A DNA stretch of 64,000 bases from Chrysomallon squamiferum (taxonomy: Eukaryota; Animalia; Mollusca), in assembly GCA_012295275.1 (NCBI GenBank), contig CM022678.1, forward strand, positions 12,710,001 through 12,774,000, given 5' to 3'. Below, piece after piece: positions 28,898-44,400 of the stretch. The position numbers were made by a program, and so were the translations under genes. The notes below the pieces were generated by a model. That model was given only the letters and a program-made list of their open reading frames with translations, made no database searches and was not told the origin of the DNA. Each line of letters begins with the position of its first letter. Positions within the stretch are counted from its first letter, which is position 1.

Positions 28898-30912
28898 GAA
28901 AGAATATATGTATACTTGAAACAATGTTTAAAATATTTTTGAGTGTGTGTGCATGTGTGGTTTTACTCTTTAATGAAAATTATCTATATACTTCCCACAA
29001 TGTGAATTATTTATCAAGAGCAGAGGTTTTTCAAACTTTTACTGACCCTACATCTTGGAGAAAATATTCAATGAATGCAAATATTATGTCAGAGCAGCTT
29101 CAATATTGTCAATTAATATGTGAGCAAACTTGCCCAGTGCTTTAATTGGAGAAAATATAAAACAAAATTATAATTTCTGAAGGACAGGTGACAATATCGT
29201 AATGTGGTTTTATGTTTATCCTTCTGTTTTTATTTTCTTAGAGATTTTGATAGAGATGTAAATGAACAAATATTTCTTTTTTTTTTCACTGACTTACCAA
29301 GGCAGACAGGGCTTTGGATGCAGAATAAATAGACACAACAAACATCATCATTCCTGGCAGCCACAAACCTAGCTCCACTCTACAGATAACAAAAACAACA
29401 ATTGTCATTGTATTATAAAAACAACTACAACAACAAGCAAATAAATAAACAGTAACAACACAACAACAACAACAACAACAAAAACAGTAATAATAATAAT
29501 AATGTAATAATAACAACAAAAACAAAAACAACGATGATAGTAAGTAAAGAATAAGAAATCAAATGAGCAAGAAGGAAAGAAAAAAAACACATATCAATAG
29601 TAAATATTAATTAACATCTATTAAAATCAGTCAACAGCTGATGTTCCTTTTTACTAATTTCAAATAGATGTAGTCACACACATCAATCATGCTCACAACA
29701 CAATATTTATAATATTTATGAAATGATACCAAAATCTCAAAACTCCCAATATAAATTATTTTCATAGCTCTGTCTGACACCCAGAAGCCTTTCAGGTTTT
29801 TTGTGCTACAGTGTCTTTAAACATTCCTTCCTTCTTTCTTTCATTCAATATTAGCTGTGACTACAGAGTTACCTCCTCTTACCTGTCTACACCAGATGTC
29901 AGTGGCTCAATGGATCCTGTAGAGATCATAATTCGTAGAACAACAGCACCGACTAAAGTCTGCCATCTAAAATATATTATAAAAATATACATATATACAT
30001 CAAAATATTAAAATATATATATATATATATATACATAAAAATATTAAAATATTTTATAAATATATATATAAATATATTCATAAAAATACTAAAACAAAAT
30101 CTGATATAACATCTCATCATTTCATTTAACTCATATTAACAAAACTAGGACCAACTAAAAAAAAAAAAATCAATTTCATACTTATCTGTTAATGCTGGCC
30201 AGATTAATACAAATCAGATTAATTGTTTTACAGAATATAAAGAACTCAATTATAAGGCTTTGTCAAATTGTTGATACAGACATATTAACACATCAATTAT
30301 AATACTGTAACATGTTGATGCAATCAGTGTTTACTCATCTGTTATAATACTTTATTAACCTGATGATGTAGACATCAATTTGTTACCCTTCTGATATACT
30401 GAGTACTAACATTACATCATTAATAATACTTGTTAATCTGTAGCTGTAGATAGTGCTAATGTTACATCATTTATAATACTGTGTTAACCTGTTGATGTGA
30501 ACACTACTAGTATTACTAATATTACTGTTGATGTAGCTAGTTTAATATTAATATTTTGTTAACTTATTGAGGTAGAAGTATTGATACAGTGAGTTACAGA
30601 AGCTGATGCAGACATCAATCAACAGAAACCTATATTCAGTGAGTTTTACCAGTTAACAACTATTTTCAAACAGTTGTACAAACTGCTTTTATTAGTGAAA
30701 TAAAATTCTACAATACCCTGAAAATTATATTAACTATTTATAGCAACTGTTCTAAATAGAATAAAAGTCTGCAGTTACCCCTGAAATATTGTCGGGTAGG
30801 TGAACTTCAGGACGGATAGAACATACTGAAATAAAAAACCCAAATAATTAAGAAAATTATGAACAAATAAAATAAATTTATAATCACATGAAAATAAAAA
30901 GATTATCTTTTC

Positions 30913-30975
<63 letters not shown>

Positions 30976-31052
30976 AAAATTACCTTATTTACAAAGTTGG
31001 TTCCAATAAAAAGCAGACATGACAAACTCACTAACATCAAAGATTTATTCAT
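23617..31052 (-). CDS. TMEM241: TMEM241 (SLC35D4) nucleotide-sugar-transporter-like membrane protein, 335 aa, 14 coding exons
   Basis: Exons 31052-30984, 30825-30779, 29966-29883, 29379-29298, 28699-28622, 28122-28045, 27763-27715, 27072-27024, 26362-26327, 25425-25391, 25296-25227, 24893-24794, 24279-24215, 23782-23617. Total 1008 nt, all GT-AG and in frame. Translation has [61 protein letters not shown] and [13 protein letters not shown], matching recalled human TMEM241. Confidence 0.95.
25640..26296. repeat. Compound (CA)n / CAGAAACACTCACCA repeat in a TMEM241 intron
   Basis: CA microsatellite interrupted by recurring cagaaacactcaccacac units. Source of the HT/CV-rich spurious ORFs. Confidence 0.9.
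27451..27675. repeat. Minisatellite, 9 x 25 bp (TTAAARTTTAACCTGTCWCTTACTA) in a TMEM241 intron
   Basis: Nine consecutive near-identical units. Confidence 0.95.
28145..28305. repeat. AT-rich minisatellite, ~29-bp unit
   Basis: Repeated aactattactSatataaattaaaatata. Confidence 0.75.
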
Positions 31053-31518
31053 TTTTTTGATAGCTGGGGATAACGTTAATCAAGAACCTCCATTAAACCA
31101 AACTGTCTCCTCCATTCCATCCAGTGGAAACACTGACATGGCACAAATTCTATAAAACTTCATTTATGTGTTCTAAAAAAAAAAAACTAAGAAACTATAA
31201 TTTTCTTTTTAAAAATCATTTCATTAACATGTTCTTAGTATTATTCTAGTTTTTTTTTTTTTTTTTCTGCTTTTCAGTATAGCAAATAAAAAATAAATGT
31301 GTAAAAATAAAAACGAATATATATATTTTTTTTAATCAGTCAGTCAAATAATGATACAATGAATGGCTAATAATAATATATAATAGTAAATGGCGAATAA
31401 TATTTTATCTGAATTCTGTTTTCAATATCTGTTTTCAAGACATTCAATACACACAACGTCGCACAAAGTAAAACATTTTACAAAGGCATTATTATTGTCA
31501 TAGGAACATAGTAAATTA

Positions 31519-31549
<31 letters not shown>

Positions 31550-31762
31550 ATAATAATAATAATAACTAATAACAATAAGTGAATAACAACAACAATTAAA
31601 ACAACACTCAATAGCTATAATTTGTTGTCGTTATCATTTTAATTATTAATATAAGAACAACATTAAGATGTGAATATTTCTAGTAATCTGATTTAAGTAT
31701 AATACAAAGTTGTACCAATATTTAAAACGTGCAAAAAGATAAACATTATAATACATATTTAC

Positions 31763-31820
31763 CAAAATCTTGTACACGCCATTCGTTCGGCAAAACAGTC
31801 GAGAGTTATCTGCCCTTGTA
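31763..31820 (-). promoter_or_regulatory. Probable TMEM241 non-coding first exon / promoter
   Basis: CpG-containing patch ending in donor TTG|GTAAAT near 31762. The ATG-containing exon has an acceptor at 31174-31173. Confidence 0.4.
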
Positions 31821-32145
31821 TTAAGTGAAAATGAAGACTACAAAAATAAATGAAATATAGACAAGAATAATTCGATGCATAACATAATTAAGTCAAATCA
31901 GTCTATACGTAAAACAACTAATGCTATAAAATATTTTAATACGCGATCAACTTTTAATGAACATCTGCTATCAGTTTTGTTTTGTTTTGGGTTTTCCCCA
32001 AAACCCGATCTCAGTTTCAAACAAATTCACTATCTTCATGCAACAAACTTATTTACCATCTTCTTACAACAAAATTGCCCAAAACGATGAAAAAACATTT
32101 ATTTTTCTCCCAAATTTAGCTATTAGCACAACAACAACAACAACA

Positions 32146-32195
<50 letters not shown>

Positions 32196-35100
32196 GATTT
32201 GTTCTTGTACATTGCGACACACGTGTAGAACATTTAATTTTCTAAAGATATTGGTGATCAAGATGCGACACAAATCTGTGTTAAATGTTAATGTGTGATG
32301 TCAAAACTCAAACGTCGTTATGATGTTGTTAATCAGCATATATATATATATATTATGGTTAAAACGCGCACGCACACAAAACACACACACACAACTATAT
32401 ATATATAGGTTTTTTTTTCATATAATGTTACTATTTGCAGTTCTGCCGCTTACACTATATTCATACCTTAGAAATTAAAATAATTTTGCACCGGCACCGA
32501 GACGCTGTATTAACGAAAAGAATGACATCTTCAAGTAGTGTTTTTAAATCATGCTTTTACGCTAGTCAGCCTAATTATTTTAAATGGAACATTGTCCTTA
32601 TTTAGTTTATTTTGGGGGATGGCGTAATTCAGTTATACAGTTGTTTTGCGAAGATATTACCTGGCGACATCGCCAGTTATGAGTGTTGATAATCAGTTAA
32701 AGAGCTTTTCCAAAACACAATCAGTGCCAAATAAAAAAATAAAATAAAAAATGTAATAAATAAATAAAAATAAATAAATAAGAAATAATAATAATAACAA
32801 TTAAACATAATAATAACAATTAAATAATAATAATAATAATAAGAAATATGAGACAGAAATCGTCTACATTTAATATTACATTTTGTTGCAGTTTTATTAT
32901 CATTACATTCTCCCCCCCCCTTGGATCACATTTCAGTTGTTTTATGCAGGTCTCTACATTTTATGCTGTTCATCTACAGTATCAAGTTCAGCAGAACTTT
33001 TATAACAAAAAATAAATATATTAACTGAATAAATTAAAAGAAACAGATATGAATAGTGAGAAATACTTCAACTGATCGTCTAATGTATTTCATAAGCTAT
33101 ATAATAAAAAATTAAAAATTCCATCAAGAGTATATTTTCAGTTTAAAATACCATTCATGTTAAATTTGCCCACAAACAGAAAAAAAGAGTGTAAATTTTA
33201 AAATTATTTTCAGATTTCATTTTATTTAAATCAATATATATACATAATGAATTTTTAAAAAAGGAATCTGAAAATAACCTTAAAATTTTAGCATATACAT
33301 ATAAAGTGTATCTATATATAACAATTGTGAATGCATGAGGATTTACGATAGTAAATTATAAAATAAATTTACATAAACTGAAATAGGATGTTTGGTGTGA
33401 ATAATTCAAAATGTTTATATATAAAGTAACAAAAATAAAAATTATCATTATATATGTATATACATATAAAATAATAAAAACACAAGGGTGAAATTTCAAT
33501 ATATATTTTATTAAATAAATACACAGACTTTTTAAAAAATTTCATTCATTTACAATACTGAAAATAAAATGCACACAATACGATCAAAGAATACGTAAGT
33601 TATTTTACATTATTTTTGTAAAAGGGAGGATCATTTATCTATTCAGAATTTTGTTTTTCTCTTCCTTCTAATCTGATTTTAGGAATATAAAATACAATTT
33701 CCAAAATCAACCATCATCAGTAGAAGAATAAAAGTAAATAAATGTACAGTAGTCTGTAAAATCATATATATATATATAGATAGATACAGATATAGATATA
33801 TGTGCAAATGCTCTGGTATAATGCACATACCAGAACATTAATTTTTCTCAGCCTTTTAAATGCTTAACAAGTCAATTATATGTGCCTGCATTGTGTGGAC
33901 AGCGGTATCGACTCTGTAACTCAACATTGTGATTAAAATAAACTTAAATGCACCAGGAAAGAAAACAGCATGCCTGAAGATTTATTACACTACAAATCAT
34001 AGTAAATTATAAAATGACAATTTTACATAAACAAGTGAAATAGGATTAACTATACAAATGTTAATACATCTGTGTTAGAGTGAATAGTTCAAAAAATATT
34101 TGTTTGTGTATATAAAGTAACAAATTTAAAATAAAAATTATTTAAAAACTATTATTCATAAAACTTGATTTGATCTAATTTCAACCATGGTTTTCAAAAG
34201 TAAATATAATTCTAAAAATGTCATTTCACTAAGGTTTTGGTAAGTATTTACAATAAGTAATACTAATCTTTGTGAGATATGCTATTGTGACTTAGGAATG
34301 AGGAAAATTTGAAGTTCTATTGAAACAAATGGAAATACTAATTCACTGAATTATTACACATCAATATAGCAAGTAATACAGAGAATATAGAAGAAAATGA
34401 TATATTCTCTTAAAGAATGGTGATCAAGACTATGCCTAGGGAGGTTTTGAAGAACAATCATTTGGAAAAATCTCTTGATAGGTCAATCACATTTGAATAT
34501 TATTCCAGTTCTTACAGGATATAAAACAAGAATGTTAGCCTGGGGAACAAGAAAAACCCAATAAAAATATATCACAAACTAACAATATTTAAAACAAGCA
34601 AATAAATAATAAACAAACAAAACTGAAAATGTGAAGTCTGCAAATAAGAAACATGAAAACTGAATGTCAGGAATCAACAAATTTTTTTTTAAATTAGGTT
34701 GACAGAATGTCTAAAAATAATTTTTTTTAAAAATAACAATGTAAAAAAATAAAAAATTATATATAATATAATAATAATAAAAAAAGTCTTTACCGGTTAA
34801 TTTTGAGCTAAAAACAAGTTTCAAAATTTAAATGTTTTCTAATCTGTGTCAGATGTAGAATTTCACAGCAGTGCTTGTCAGTGTTGGTCATGCTTCCAAT
34901 TCCCAGTTTTAGATGCTACTGATTTGCTGAACAGAGAATGACTGGGCAAGAATTAACAAACTTTGATGATCACGAATGATTATTATTATTATTTTTTTTT
35001 TTTAAATCAGTTTGAACAATTCATATGCGTAAAATTGAACAGATGCTCCATGAACCAGATTGATTACAGCATGAACATACGAACACTTTCTTCTGAAATA

Positions 35101-35495
35101 TATTATCTTTGAAATGAAATTAAAAAAAAATTATTTTTATTTATTTTTATTTGTTTTTTCTCATTTAATTTTGACTGAATGCTCAAATGTATTTTGTAAA
35201 ATGCTGTAAATCAACACAGTGATTATACAAAAAATGTTAGCAAATACTTTAAAAATATTAATAAAATATATATAAAAATAACAAAATTTCATAAAAATGA
35301 AATATTTGCAAGATTACATAACTCATATTGATACACTTTTATTGTAATGTTTATATTATTAGTTTAACCTTCACCAAAGTTGCTTAATGTATATGTATGT
35401 AATTTACAGCATTTAATTGCAAACTGAATACCCTCTGTTTCTGTTATATGTGATAAAATTTTGAGATTTATATAAAAACTTAATGTGATAATTTA

Positions 35496-38400
35496 TTAAA
35501 CTGATTTTTTAGCTGCTGTTATTGATTCAGCTACATATTTCATAAAACGATGGACATCTTGAAATGAGCAGTACAGTGGTACAGGTGCTACTCGAATCAC
35601 ATCTGGAAGACGCTTGTCACACTGAAGAAGAAAAAGAAAAATGTATTTATTAATATGAAAATAATATGTTTAAAAACAAGGAAACCAAAAAGCATTTCTA
35701 TATAAATGCAGTTATGTAACTAAACATAAATGCAGAAATGAAAAAGTAGGTATTTTCTTAAATGGTAATAAATTTTCTAACCCAGGCAACAAAGATTTGT
35801 TTTTTTACTTCATTTGAAATAATTGAAAATTTTATACTGTATATTGCAGGTCTTCAAAAAATGACAGGCAAATTTGAAGTGTCCTTACAGTTTATTTGTT
35901 CACAATTTTGATCAAAAAATATCACAAAAGGAATCCTGAAAACAACATTGTTATGATTATTGCATAGGAATCAAAACAAAGTTAATCTCAACACCAGTGG
36001 CTATTTGTAAGCACATATATTGTTACAACTGCTGAGTTGTTACTCCACCCCAGGACACTTTAAAAGGAGTTTCTAATCTGGTGTCATTTCTCTTATTATG
36101 AACAGATTTTGCATCAGATGAAAATATAATTACTCCAGATTCATTACATAGGCTCTGAGGAAGCATACTAATTTGAAACTAATTAGCTTGACAGACAGTG
36201 TAAACATTTTATAAGTAATTGTTATTTAATTTTTATTTTCTTTCCCTTTGTAAAAATGCTAAAAAAAAAATTCAAACAATAATTTAGACATTCACATGTC
36301 CCAGTTTAACTGATGTATGGGATGTTTCATATTAAATTCCCTCCTTTCATAGTCAATTCCTTGTTGTGATGAAGGGGCTTGTATGTCTCAACAACTCAAA
36401 GAGCTGTGCCAGCTTTTGTTTGGAACACCCATGCTGGACAGGTCAATGGGTAGAGTCTAGACAAATGGGGTTATGGTGAGGTAATCTCAAGTGCTTAAAT
36501 CAAAAGTTTTGGGCTGCACGCATATTCTTCTAACAGACTACAAAAGCATTAATACAGCAAGTAATACGGAGAATAATATAGAAGAAAATGATATCATCTT
36601 TCAAGGAATGGCAACCAAGAGTATATCAAAGGTAAGTTTTTGAAGTACTATCCTTTGGAAATGAACTGTAAGAACAATGTATTGGTGGGCCAATTGCATT
36701 TGTATATGTTTTTTTTTATCTCAGATATTTTAGTGGATTTTTTTTTACTATATGCAACATTCTAAAAATACATTTTTAAAAATGTTTTGCATCATTAAAT
36801 CAACAAAATCATGTTATCAAACTTAAAGCCACAATATCAGATCATAGTAGACTTTTAGGATGTATCAATTTACAAAGTTATACAGTTTGAAGAATCAAAT
36901 TTTTTAGTTTATGAAGTATTTTTCAAATACATGGAGACATACAAACTGCATCATTATAAATCCTTTCATCATCATCATACATTTAAAGTTCTTTGTTACT
37001 TAACTTTCTGTAGAACCTAATGAAAGTTAAATAACAAAGAACTTTTTAATGATGCCTGTTTAGTCCTATTTTGAAATTGCGAGGTTATTCAAAATGAGTT
37101 CAATGATAAATTAAATCTGTGACCATCAGAGAATCAGAAAAACAAGATGCAGTCTTCATAATAAAATTAGGTCTATATTCTGTAGTGAACAAACCAAAAT
37201 TGAGTATCAAATTCAAACTAACCTAGACTGCGATTCTAAAAATGTTGTGTATTATGTAAAACAAACAAGTCTGCCAAATACAAAATGTTACAGGATAGAT
37301 CTGTTAGGCATAAAGTTGACATTCCTGTGACCTAACATTTTAATCTATATGACCATATACTGGATGCTCATTCTGAAATAATCCCAATACAGAAACCCCC
37401 ATTCATAGTTGAAAAGCAAATGGAAAACTCTTGAGATTCGAATGAATAGCTTTCTGGATTCACACATCTGGAATAAATGCATCTGGTAAATTCTATCAAA
37501 ATCTCCAGCTAGATTTGATTTGTACTCATCATACATTCCATATGTTCATTTTAACAATGTTATATGATTTGCAACAATATTTTTCATTCACTGCCAAAAC
37601 AAAGATCTGCTACATTAATTACTATATCATTGCACTGACTTTTTTACAGAGAGCTGAAATTATAACATCCAGAAAGGAGTTAAATAACTCTTAGTAACTA
37701 GAAGCATAAACATCTGAGTGGCTGAAATCTCAGTCATGATCTAGATGCTTATATACGTGAGCAGCCAAAATATCAGCTGCAAGCTACAAACAATTACATA
37801 CCCAAACCTATGAAATACAGGCCAGGGATTCCACTGATGGCAGTGTTTATGCTGCAGTTTGTGGGATCATCTTTACTGTTACTCAGTGGCTCCTGATGAA
37901 TTTGCCTTAATGCTTAACTGAATAAGGGCTTTCATATCAGTCTGCAAAAAGTTGAAGGGCTAGCATTTATGAGACCAACATTCTGATCAAAACCCAGTTA
38001 AAGATATGGCTAGTTTGCTTTTATTGTCAACTGATCAAGTTCTAGATGTGTGATAAACATTATGAATGAGCAAGCTGATCACCTGCTTCATTTGTAATTT
38101 AATTTAACAACCTGTGACATTTCTTTGTTTAAGGTAGCTATGCGGATCCAGAAATGTGTTCCAAATATATGTGAACTATGGATTGACATGTATATACAAT
38201 GTTCAGATGTTAAAAATGAGTTTGTGAAATGTTATTTTGTTAACTAAAATGATTCTCTTTCTTTTTTTCCTCTAAGGAAATGACAATGACATGAATATAT
38301 CTGGGTTTTGTTCATTCTGACATGTATAATTCATTTTCTGCTAGCCAGTTGACTTGAGCTGCTGCAAACACTGCCAAGAATAAAGAAAAGATGTAAAGAT

Positions 38401-41400
38401 ACTTTCAGAAATTGTACAGATTCTTTTAGCAGTTAACAAAACAAACTATGCAAACCAAGGCAAAGCTTCTTCAGTGATTCTAAAATAAAATTTGTACAGA
38501 TTAACCAGTGACTTACTTTTATGAATGCCTTTTCAGTTAAAACTTTTGGAGGAAGAAAGCCATAACCTCTCAAGTTATTTGTTGTTATCATTAGATTTGT
38601 GCATCTTGGGCACTGACCTCTTGAATAATAAAATGCACTTCTTTTGTATAATTCCAGTTTCAGGTCTGGTATTCCTATATGAATATGACCTTGGCAGCTC
38701 ACTGTTTAACTAATTTCAGTCACACTTATAGCAGAGTCAGTTTTTGCTGACACAGACCTAATAATTAAAATATTGCCAACATGACAATGAACGAAATGAA
38801 TTGCTTTTCAAATTGCAACCTCAAGAAATAATAAATATACATGAAACAGAATGGCGTGTTAAGTTTCCTAATGTTGCTGATATTAAGCATAGAGTGTGAG
38901 ATGGGATTCAGCTAGCAAAGGCTGTTCAAGATACACTGGACTTACTGATGCAGATTTCAAAAGAGGGAAACAATACTATAACATTTTCTGAGAGGGATGA
39001 AAACAAAAGTTATGAATGACACTGTTCCCTAACATATGTATAAAATGCATGTAAAAGAAGTGAAAATGCCAGTGAATATACATAAGCAATATTTTAAAGA
39101 AAGGACTAGTGCTGAAAACAATAAAACAATCCTCATTTATTTAGATCAAACTTACCACTACACCTCGCTTCTGCAACTCATCACTGATGACATGGACATC
39201 AATGTTAAATTTCAAAGACAGTTGAGCACCACGTTGATCAGGGTCAGATGGTGTCAATATTTCAATATAAACTTCATCCAACTTTGGTCCATTATTTGGC
39301 TGTTGATATTTTTTTTTTACAAGAAGTTCAAGGTAGCCAGTCAGAAGTACTGATTTTTTCCTCAGATCATCCATCGATGTTTTATTGAAAATCTAAAAGC
39401 AACAAAATAAAACTGACTTGGAAACAAACAAATCTGAACACATGGTATGAATCAACTTTGTATTTTAAATTGTAAAGCATTTTACCAAAACTTAAACTCA
39501 TGACTACAATCAAAATATAAAATATAAACACATCTCTATGCACTCAATGTTTATTTCCATATTAAAAAATCTACACTGTAGAGAATAAATTCAAACACAA
39601 ACAAAATATTTTGAAGATGTTTTAAGAAAAATACCTCAAAACTGGCTTTCAGTGGTGGACAGAGAAGACCAGGTGGATTGGAAACCCTATAACCATATAT
39701 TCCAGGACTCAGATCAATTTCTAAAATTTAATTATTTTGAAAAATATATTACCAAAAATCAGTCAAGTTATTAGGTGCTGATATTAACAATTTGCATAGG
39801 CTTCAAAGATTTTTATAATATATGACATGAAAAACATTTGGCTCTTTTATAGTTCATTTTATCTTTAATATTTATTATTACTGTTTTTCTGAAGGTGCTC
39901 TAAAACTCCTGCAGTATTCATGAAATCAACAAAAATGCACAAAAATAAATAATTATTTAAAAAGTTGAATTTTAAAACAATTTTTTTTTTTTTTTTTTTT
40001 TGTCACTTAAATTTCATTGCTAACTCCTAAAAACATTATTAAAAAAATATTTAAGATATCTTACTGTTATCCATAACAAATCTAGTGTCTATTCGGTGGC
40101 CCCACCATCCCACCAACTTTGGGAAATCATTCAAGCTATGTTTTTCATGGAGAAAAGCTCCAGCCAGACCACCAGCACTTGCACACATGTACTGAAATTT
40201 TAAAACCAAAGAATTAAAAACTATTTAAATAGAGTTTTTATGTTATAAAAGAAGAAACTAAATCTTAAATTTCAAGGATATTTAAACAAAATATAATTCA
40301 CAAAATTCTAATATAAACAAATTAAAAAACACACATAAGTACATAATGAATATGGAATTGAAAAGATCAAAGAAGAAGTGTAATTAAAACAATGTTCTGT
40401 TAATTATGTATTTTAATTAGTTATATAACTGAAAGAAAATCGTAATTAAAAAAGTTATTAAAAAGAAATTAAGTGAAAAAGGATATTAATTGTAACATAC
40501 CTTCTGTTATTAATTGAAAAGTCCCCCCACCAAAAAAAAAAAAAAAAAGAAGGTAAAAGGATATTAGTTATACCATACCTTGTATGAACACCAACAGGCA
40601 AAGTCAACTCCCCAATCATGTAAATACAATGGTACATTCCCTGCTGCATGTGCCATGTCCCACCCAACATAACAACCTTTAGCCTGCCCAGCTTTGGTTA
40701 TCTCTTCTATGTCGAACAGCTGACCAGTGTAATATTGGACTCCAGACAAACATATCACTGCTATACTATCCCCTTCTTCTTCTATTTTCTTCAAAATGTC
40801 TTCTGTTTGAAGAGTGGCTTCACCCTGGATTTTAATTTATGTATATTGACAAGTAATCATGCAATTGTGTGAGATTCTAAAATAACAAACACAAGACACT
40901 CCTTACTTTGTCTTTAATAAACCTACTAGTTCAAAATTAAGGCATAGTTTTGTTACTGCATTCAATAGAATAACAGGTTGCAGAATCAGACTGTGCATCA
41001 TTTGTCTTCTTTCAACTTCAAGATTGATAATATTTTAAAAAAGATGTGTAATAGACTTATTAACTAAATATTATAATCAAAATCATTTTATAATATATAT
41101 TTAGAAAAAAAAACTTTTTTTTTTTAAACTTTTATACTTATTAACTATATTACTAACCTCTCTTGGTTCTAGACAGACCAGACTAGTTTTAGGATCATAA
41201 CCATGTAAACGTATTTGGCTTTCAAAAGCATACTGAAAATTAAACATTTTTCAGAAAATAAAATCCTTTGATAAACATTATTACATAATGCTATTATGTT
41301 TCGTTGTGGTTTCCACACAAAAAGAACTAATGTAAACTATTTAAATACAATTTGTTCATAATAACTAAAATTTTAATAAAAAGAATGTCTGTATTTAAAA

Positions 41401-44400
41401 CATTTTGAATTTAATATGAATTTACATAATTAAATTATCTCTAACATTTTATAACTTAATATGAATTTTTTGATGTTGTAATTTTAGAAATGTTTTATAA
41501 TTGTTATTATTTACAAATAATGCTCAAGTTAGGCATGAGAGTAATCATTCACTATTTTATTATTTTTAACATACATGATCTGATGGAAATGCTTTGCCTT
41601 CACACATAATTTTGTGTCGTGATTTTGATGGTCGATAGAAAGAGACCTGTAAAAAATAAATAGAAAAGTCAGAAAATCTAGCATTTTTATATTTTTAAAT
41701 AACTACAAAGCCACTAATAAAAATGTTATTTAAAAACTTTTTTACATGATATAACAGAAATAAGTTCATTCTGTTCATTAATTAAAAACTGATGTCTTAT
41801 TTACAGGAGATACTAATTTACATTATAAAAAAATACATATTTAATCTTAATCAAGTTTTTTTTAACAATCCACTTAGTATTTTTACTACTGAATGGCAAA
41901 AAATATGAGTGAAGATAAAAACAAAATTTTAATACAAACCAACAATAAATGTAGATTGACAGTTAAGCCATTCATTATGGCTACTTCTCCTTTTTTACCT
42001 CCTGAAAGAAAGTAAAAAAATGCCAGCTTACATAAAAATCACTTTTCTAAAACAAATACATTGAAATTTAAAAACAAAAAACAAAAAATTTGAAATCTAT
42101 CAGAACAAAATAAAAGTCCAAAAAATTACAAACCATAATAATCAAAAAAAGTATTTATCACTGTATCTTTAAATAAATTAAAAATTAATATAACGTCATT
42201 CTTTTATTATCCTTTTACACATTTATACCAATACAATATAACAAAGTTGAAAAAATAACATCTGTCAGGAAACTTCAAATGTTTTTTGAGCAAACATTTA
42301 TTAAAAAAATAAAAATAAAAATATTAAAGCAAAAAGAAATGAATAAAAAACACAATAATACAAAATCCAAATGACAAAACATATACTTGTTAAGAGAATT
42401 ACACAACCAAAAAATGACAAAGGAAAAAGTCAAGGTAAAAATTTCAAACTAAGTTGTGAAGTTATATGTAAGTAGAACTGCATGCATGCTTAAGTAGTTT
42501 ATACATTAATAAGGTTAGATATTGAAACATGCATAATATATTGTTTTTAAATTTTATAATTACAGAATTTCTAAAACATGATGATGATGTAAACATTACA
42601 ATTTTTTTTTAATGTATAAAATTATAAATAAAAAAATTAAAGAATTAGAGTAGTCTGAAATTAAATTAAACTTTTAAATGAATTTTTGTTGTATTTAAGC
42701 ATATTTTGAGATATCTCAATTCTGGACATCTAAGCATTTGTCTGAAAATCAATAAATGAAACATAAGTAATCTTAGTTTATAAATTCTAGATTGTTAACT
42801 TGCAAAAACTCAAACCACTGCAAACACAAATACAACCTCATAAAACTAATTTTAGGCACAAATTTGTATCCTTAAAACTAAACACTAAAATAAAAATAGC
42901 TAACATAGCAAGAGTGACTATACTAGCACAGTTTATACTTTGTCTTTAGAATGTGATTAAACTCTTATCATTACTTAATGCCCTGTAGGTGGAAAAAATA
43001 ATAAAGAAACTGATGCAGTGAAATTACTGAACTGATGGTGCATGGACATCACATATCTTTCATCTAAAAAGCCAATATAGCTGCCTCAAGCTGCAAGTGC
43101 AATGCCTGATGCAACCAGGCTTGCATAATTTTATAGTAATAAAACTGCAAACCTTGGAATAATACCAATTTTAATAATAATAATTATAAACATTTTTTTT
43201 TTTTTAAATTTAAAATAAAAAAAAAACACTGAGAAAGAAAGAACAGAGAAACAAAAATGCTGACAAAATGTTTTTAAAACTAAAATAGTAGAAATAGACT
43301 CCATTAGTGAATATAGGCATACATCTAACAAGTAGATCACAATAAATAAATAAATAAATAAATAAAAATAATAATAATAATAATAATAATCATCATCATC
43401 ATCAAAATCTGGCATTAAGAATGATAAGAGTAAAAATTAAATCAAAATCAAAGACAAAATATTCTGTGCTACTCACCAACCAGTCGCGCCATATCCAAAT
43501 CTAAACATTCATCACAAAATGCCCATGGAAGAACACCTTCCCTATGACCTTGAACTCCTCTACAAGTAATAGAAAGAAAAAAAAAGTCCAAAACAATTGT
43601 CTTTTTGTTACCTTTGAACCTGAAGAGCCAAACAAAAGTGACCTGTCATATGTCCAGGATGTCCTCTACAATTAAAAAAAATAATAATAAATTTGCTTAA
43701 ACTTTTACTCCTAAAATTACTTATTTTTACTGCATTTAATTTTAATATTTTTTTTGTTGTTGTTGCCGTTTTCTTTCTTCTTTTTTTTTTGTTATTTGTG
43801 TTTTGCTAATTCATGGCTGAATGGCTGGTTGTAAAAATACTGTAGAAGAAGCATTTTATTTTGGGAAGGTCAACAAACATTCATTTTGTTTTTTAATCCT
43901 CTTACACTTTACTGATACATTCAAGATGTAAACAGATGTGTTCCTGGTAACAGTTTCCATTATTTATAAGGTTTACCTTTTTTTAATTTGGTAACATATT
44001 GAACAGTTTATCAACATTATCTTGTAAATCTAAATGTACATACATCATTAATTTATGACCATGTGGGATCCTGCAAATTGGTTGCAAGTTGATCTGGACA
44101 GAAGTCAAACATTTATATTTATAAAATCTATATTATTGTATGTACAGTACTGTATGTAATCATATTATCTCATCCTATTAAATCATACATATGTATAATT
44201 TATTATTTTTTTCAGTAAATCTTTTAATTAGTTTAATTCAAACATTTCACATTACAATGTGCTGAATACTTGCTTGTTTGTTTTTCTTTAAATTACATTT
44301 CATAGCACAAACTAATGCCACTGTCACATAGCAAGTCAAAGTCAAACAGTTGTAACCTGACAACTATATTTATAAATATAAATGTTCTGGATACATCAAA

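Noticed and set aside
30650-30825. Reading [15 protein letters not shown] + [10 protein letters not shown] as coding
   Set aside because: Incompatible with the exon 1 phase. The other frame matches TMEM241 closely.
34368-36665. Paired ~100-bp segments (34368-34470 / 36556-36665; also 33348-33435 / 33998-34125) as regulatory elements
   Set aside because: Most simply interspersed-repeat fragments or local duplications. No functional evidence.
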